Below, one piece after another: positions 61,950 to 62,704 of a DNA stretch of 62,704 nucleotides. Numbering within the stretch: the first letter of the stretch is position 1; every line of letters starts with the position of its first letter. The DNA is from Chiloscyllium plagiosum (lineage: Eukaryota). The notes beneath the pieces are model-generated. The model was not told the DNA's origin. It saw only the letters and a program-made list of their open reading frames with translations, and did not search any database. The translations under genes were made by a program, and so were the position numbers. The DNA is taken from positions 4,504,524 through 4,567,227 of the forward strand of contig NC_057720.1 of NCBI RefSeq assembly GCF_004010195.1. The letters run 5' to 3'.

Positions 61950-62497
61950 CAGGAGAGTTATGTTCCTGTGAAAATGAGGGATAGAAATGGCAAGGTTAGG
62001 GAATCATTGATGACAGGCGCAATTGTGAGACTAGCTCAGAGGAAAAAGGATGCGTACATAAGGTCTAGGTAACTGAAAATAGACAAAGCTTTGGAAGAAT
62101 ATCAGGAATGTAGGACCAATCTGAAATAAGGAATTATTTCCTTATTTCAATAAGGAGGGCTAAAGGGGGTCATGAAGTATCTTTAGCAAGCAGAGTTAAG
62201 GACAATCCCAAAGCCTTTTATTCATATATAAGGAGCAAGAGGGTAACTAGGGAAAGGGTTGGCCCACTCAAGGACAAAGGTGGAAAGATATGTGTGAAGT
62301 CAGAGAAAATGGGTGGGATTCTTAATGAGTACTTAGTTTCGATATTCACCGAGGAGAAGGACATGGTGGATGTTAAGGTGAGAGATAGATCTTTGATTAC
62401 TCTAGGTCAGGTTGGCATAAGGAGAGAAGAAGTATTGTGTATTCTAAAAGGCATTAAGGTGGACAAATCCCCAGGTCTGGCTGGGATCTATCCCAGA
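61950..62497 (+). mobile_element. CR1 LINE ORF2 middle fragment
   Basis: KDNPKAFYSYI, ILNEYLVSIFT, IKVDKSPGLAGIYPR. Confidence 0.8.
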
Positions 62498-62704
62498 TAA
62501 AAACAATGACTGCAGATGCTGGAAACCAGATTCTGGATTAGTGGTGCTGGAAGAGCACAGCAGTTCAGGCAGCATCCGAGGAGCAGTAAAATCGACGTTT
62601 CGGACAAAAGCCCTTCGTCAAGAATAAAGGCAGAGAGCCTGAAGCGTGGAGAGATAAGTTAGAGGAGGGTGGGGGTGGGGAGAAAGTAGCATAGAGTACA
62701 ATAG
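62498..62704 (-). mobile_element. Penelope-like element terminus, continuing beyond the window
   Basis: Near-identical to 8736-8948; minus-strand ttgacgaagggcttttgtccgaaacgtc hammerhead-like core. Confidence 0.8.

Overview
Repeat-rich vertebrate genomic DNA, almost certainly from a shark or other elasmobranch (HE1/V-type tRNA SINEs, abundant CR1 LINEs, Penelope-like elements). It has one assembly gap (N, 9341-10007). Two di-N-acetylchitobiase (CTBS, GH18)-like genes lie tail to tail about 33.6 kb apart. On +, exons 2-7 (2690-20175) splice with GT-AG sites into an intact 320-aa frame that keeps the catalytic DGINLDLE motif. On -, the last two exons of a diverged paralog (61883-61722, 53970-53767) are about 52-60% identical and have the conserved GH18 'GIGMW' tryptophan replaced by Gln. 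The rest is nested transposon debris: CR1, L1, Rex/Babar, a Gmr1-type Gypsy with a SCAN-like capsid, a second Gypsy, a tRNA-His-primed LTR/ERV leader, Harbinger-type Myb/SANT gene remnants and SINEs. The most striking non-genic signal is several families of Penelope-derived elements, many reduced to 150-310 bp fold-back units with 9-16 bp target-site duplications. They carry minimal hammerhead-ribozyme cores (CTGANGA-stem II-GAAACGTC), often head to head on both strands. All family assignments come from motif recognition by eye; no database searches were run.
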